Assembly (NCBI GenBank): GCA_030704615.1 | Contig: CM060734.1 | Span: forward strand, 57,102,001-57,166,000 | Source: Takakia lepidozioides | Taxonomy: Eukaryota; Plantae; Bryophyta | Reading direction: 5' to 3' | Length of the DNA stretch: 64,000 bases | In this document: positions 63,726-64,000 of the stretch, in pieces | How the letters are laid out: the number at the start of each line of letters is the position of its first letter | How positions within the stretch are numbered: the stretch's first letter is position 1 | The notes under the pieces: model-generated | What the model saw: only the letters and a program-made list of their open reading frames with translations | Database searches by the model: none | What the model was told of the DNA's origin: nothing | Translations under genes and position numbers: made by a program

Positions 63726-64000
63726 AAGCATGTGTGTGGTGACTACCACATGGGCCGAGCTTTTGTTGTACTGGCCCCCACATCAAACATGGGGTTTGTT
63801 CTTTAGGGAAGTACTTGATGAAATGATGTGTTTCTTCTAAGGTGAGAGTGTCTTGCTTCACTCAGCATTCCTCGGAATGTTGGCTATGAAGCAGTGTTGA
63901 GGACATTTCCTGCACGGCATATCATCCTCCAAGAGTTTATTGTGCATACTAGGAGGTGGAAACTCAGCCTGAAAGTGCGATATCCTGTGGAATCTGGTTA

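Overview
Eukaryotic, intron-rich plant genomic DNA, most likely a non-seed land plant (inferred from gene sequences and a PLS-class PPR array). Host genes: 5' part of peptidyl-serine alpha-galactosyltransferase SERGT1 (-, runs off the left edge), a complete 14-exon ATP-citrate lyase beta subunit ACLB (-), a large multi-exon CABIN1 (-) and a single-exon Aha1-N domain gene (-). From about 4 to 28 kb the DNA is mostly decayed transposons: tRNA-derived SINE-like repeats, hAT MITEs with 8-bp TSDs, a dead hAT transposase, TTAA-flanked piggyBac-like MITEs, L1 and RTEX-like LINE fragments, and a SWIM-finger ORF followed by five 28-bp palindromes. The standout is a decayed Ty3/gypsy retrotransposon carrying a full C5 cytosine DNA methyltransferase domain between protease and RT. 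The right end is a pseudogene mosaic: two copies of an OSB-type 'PDF' ssDNA-binding motif next to PLS-PPR repeats (spliced in frame in the first copy), plus abutting pelota and dolichol-kinase fragments. A 145-bp solo LTR containing a tRNA-like Pol III promoter lies in a CABIN1 intron. All calls come from reading motifs by eye; no database searches were run.
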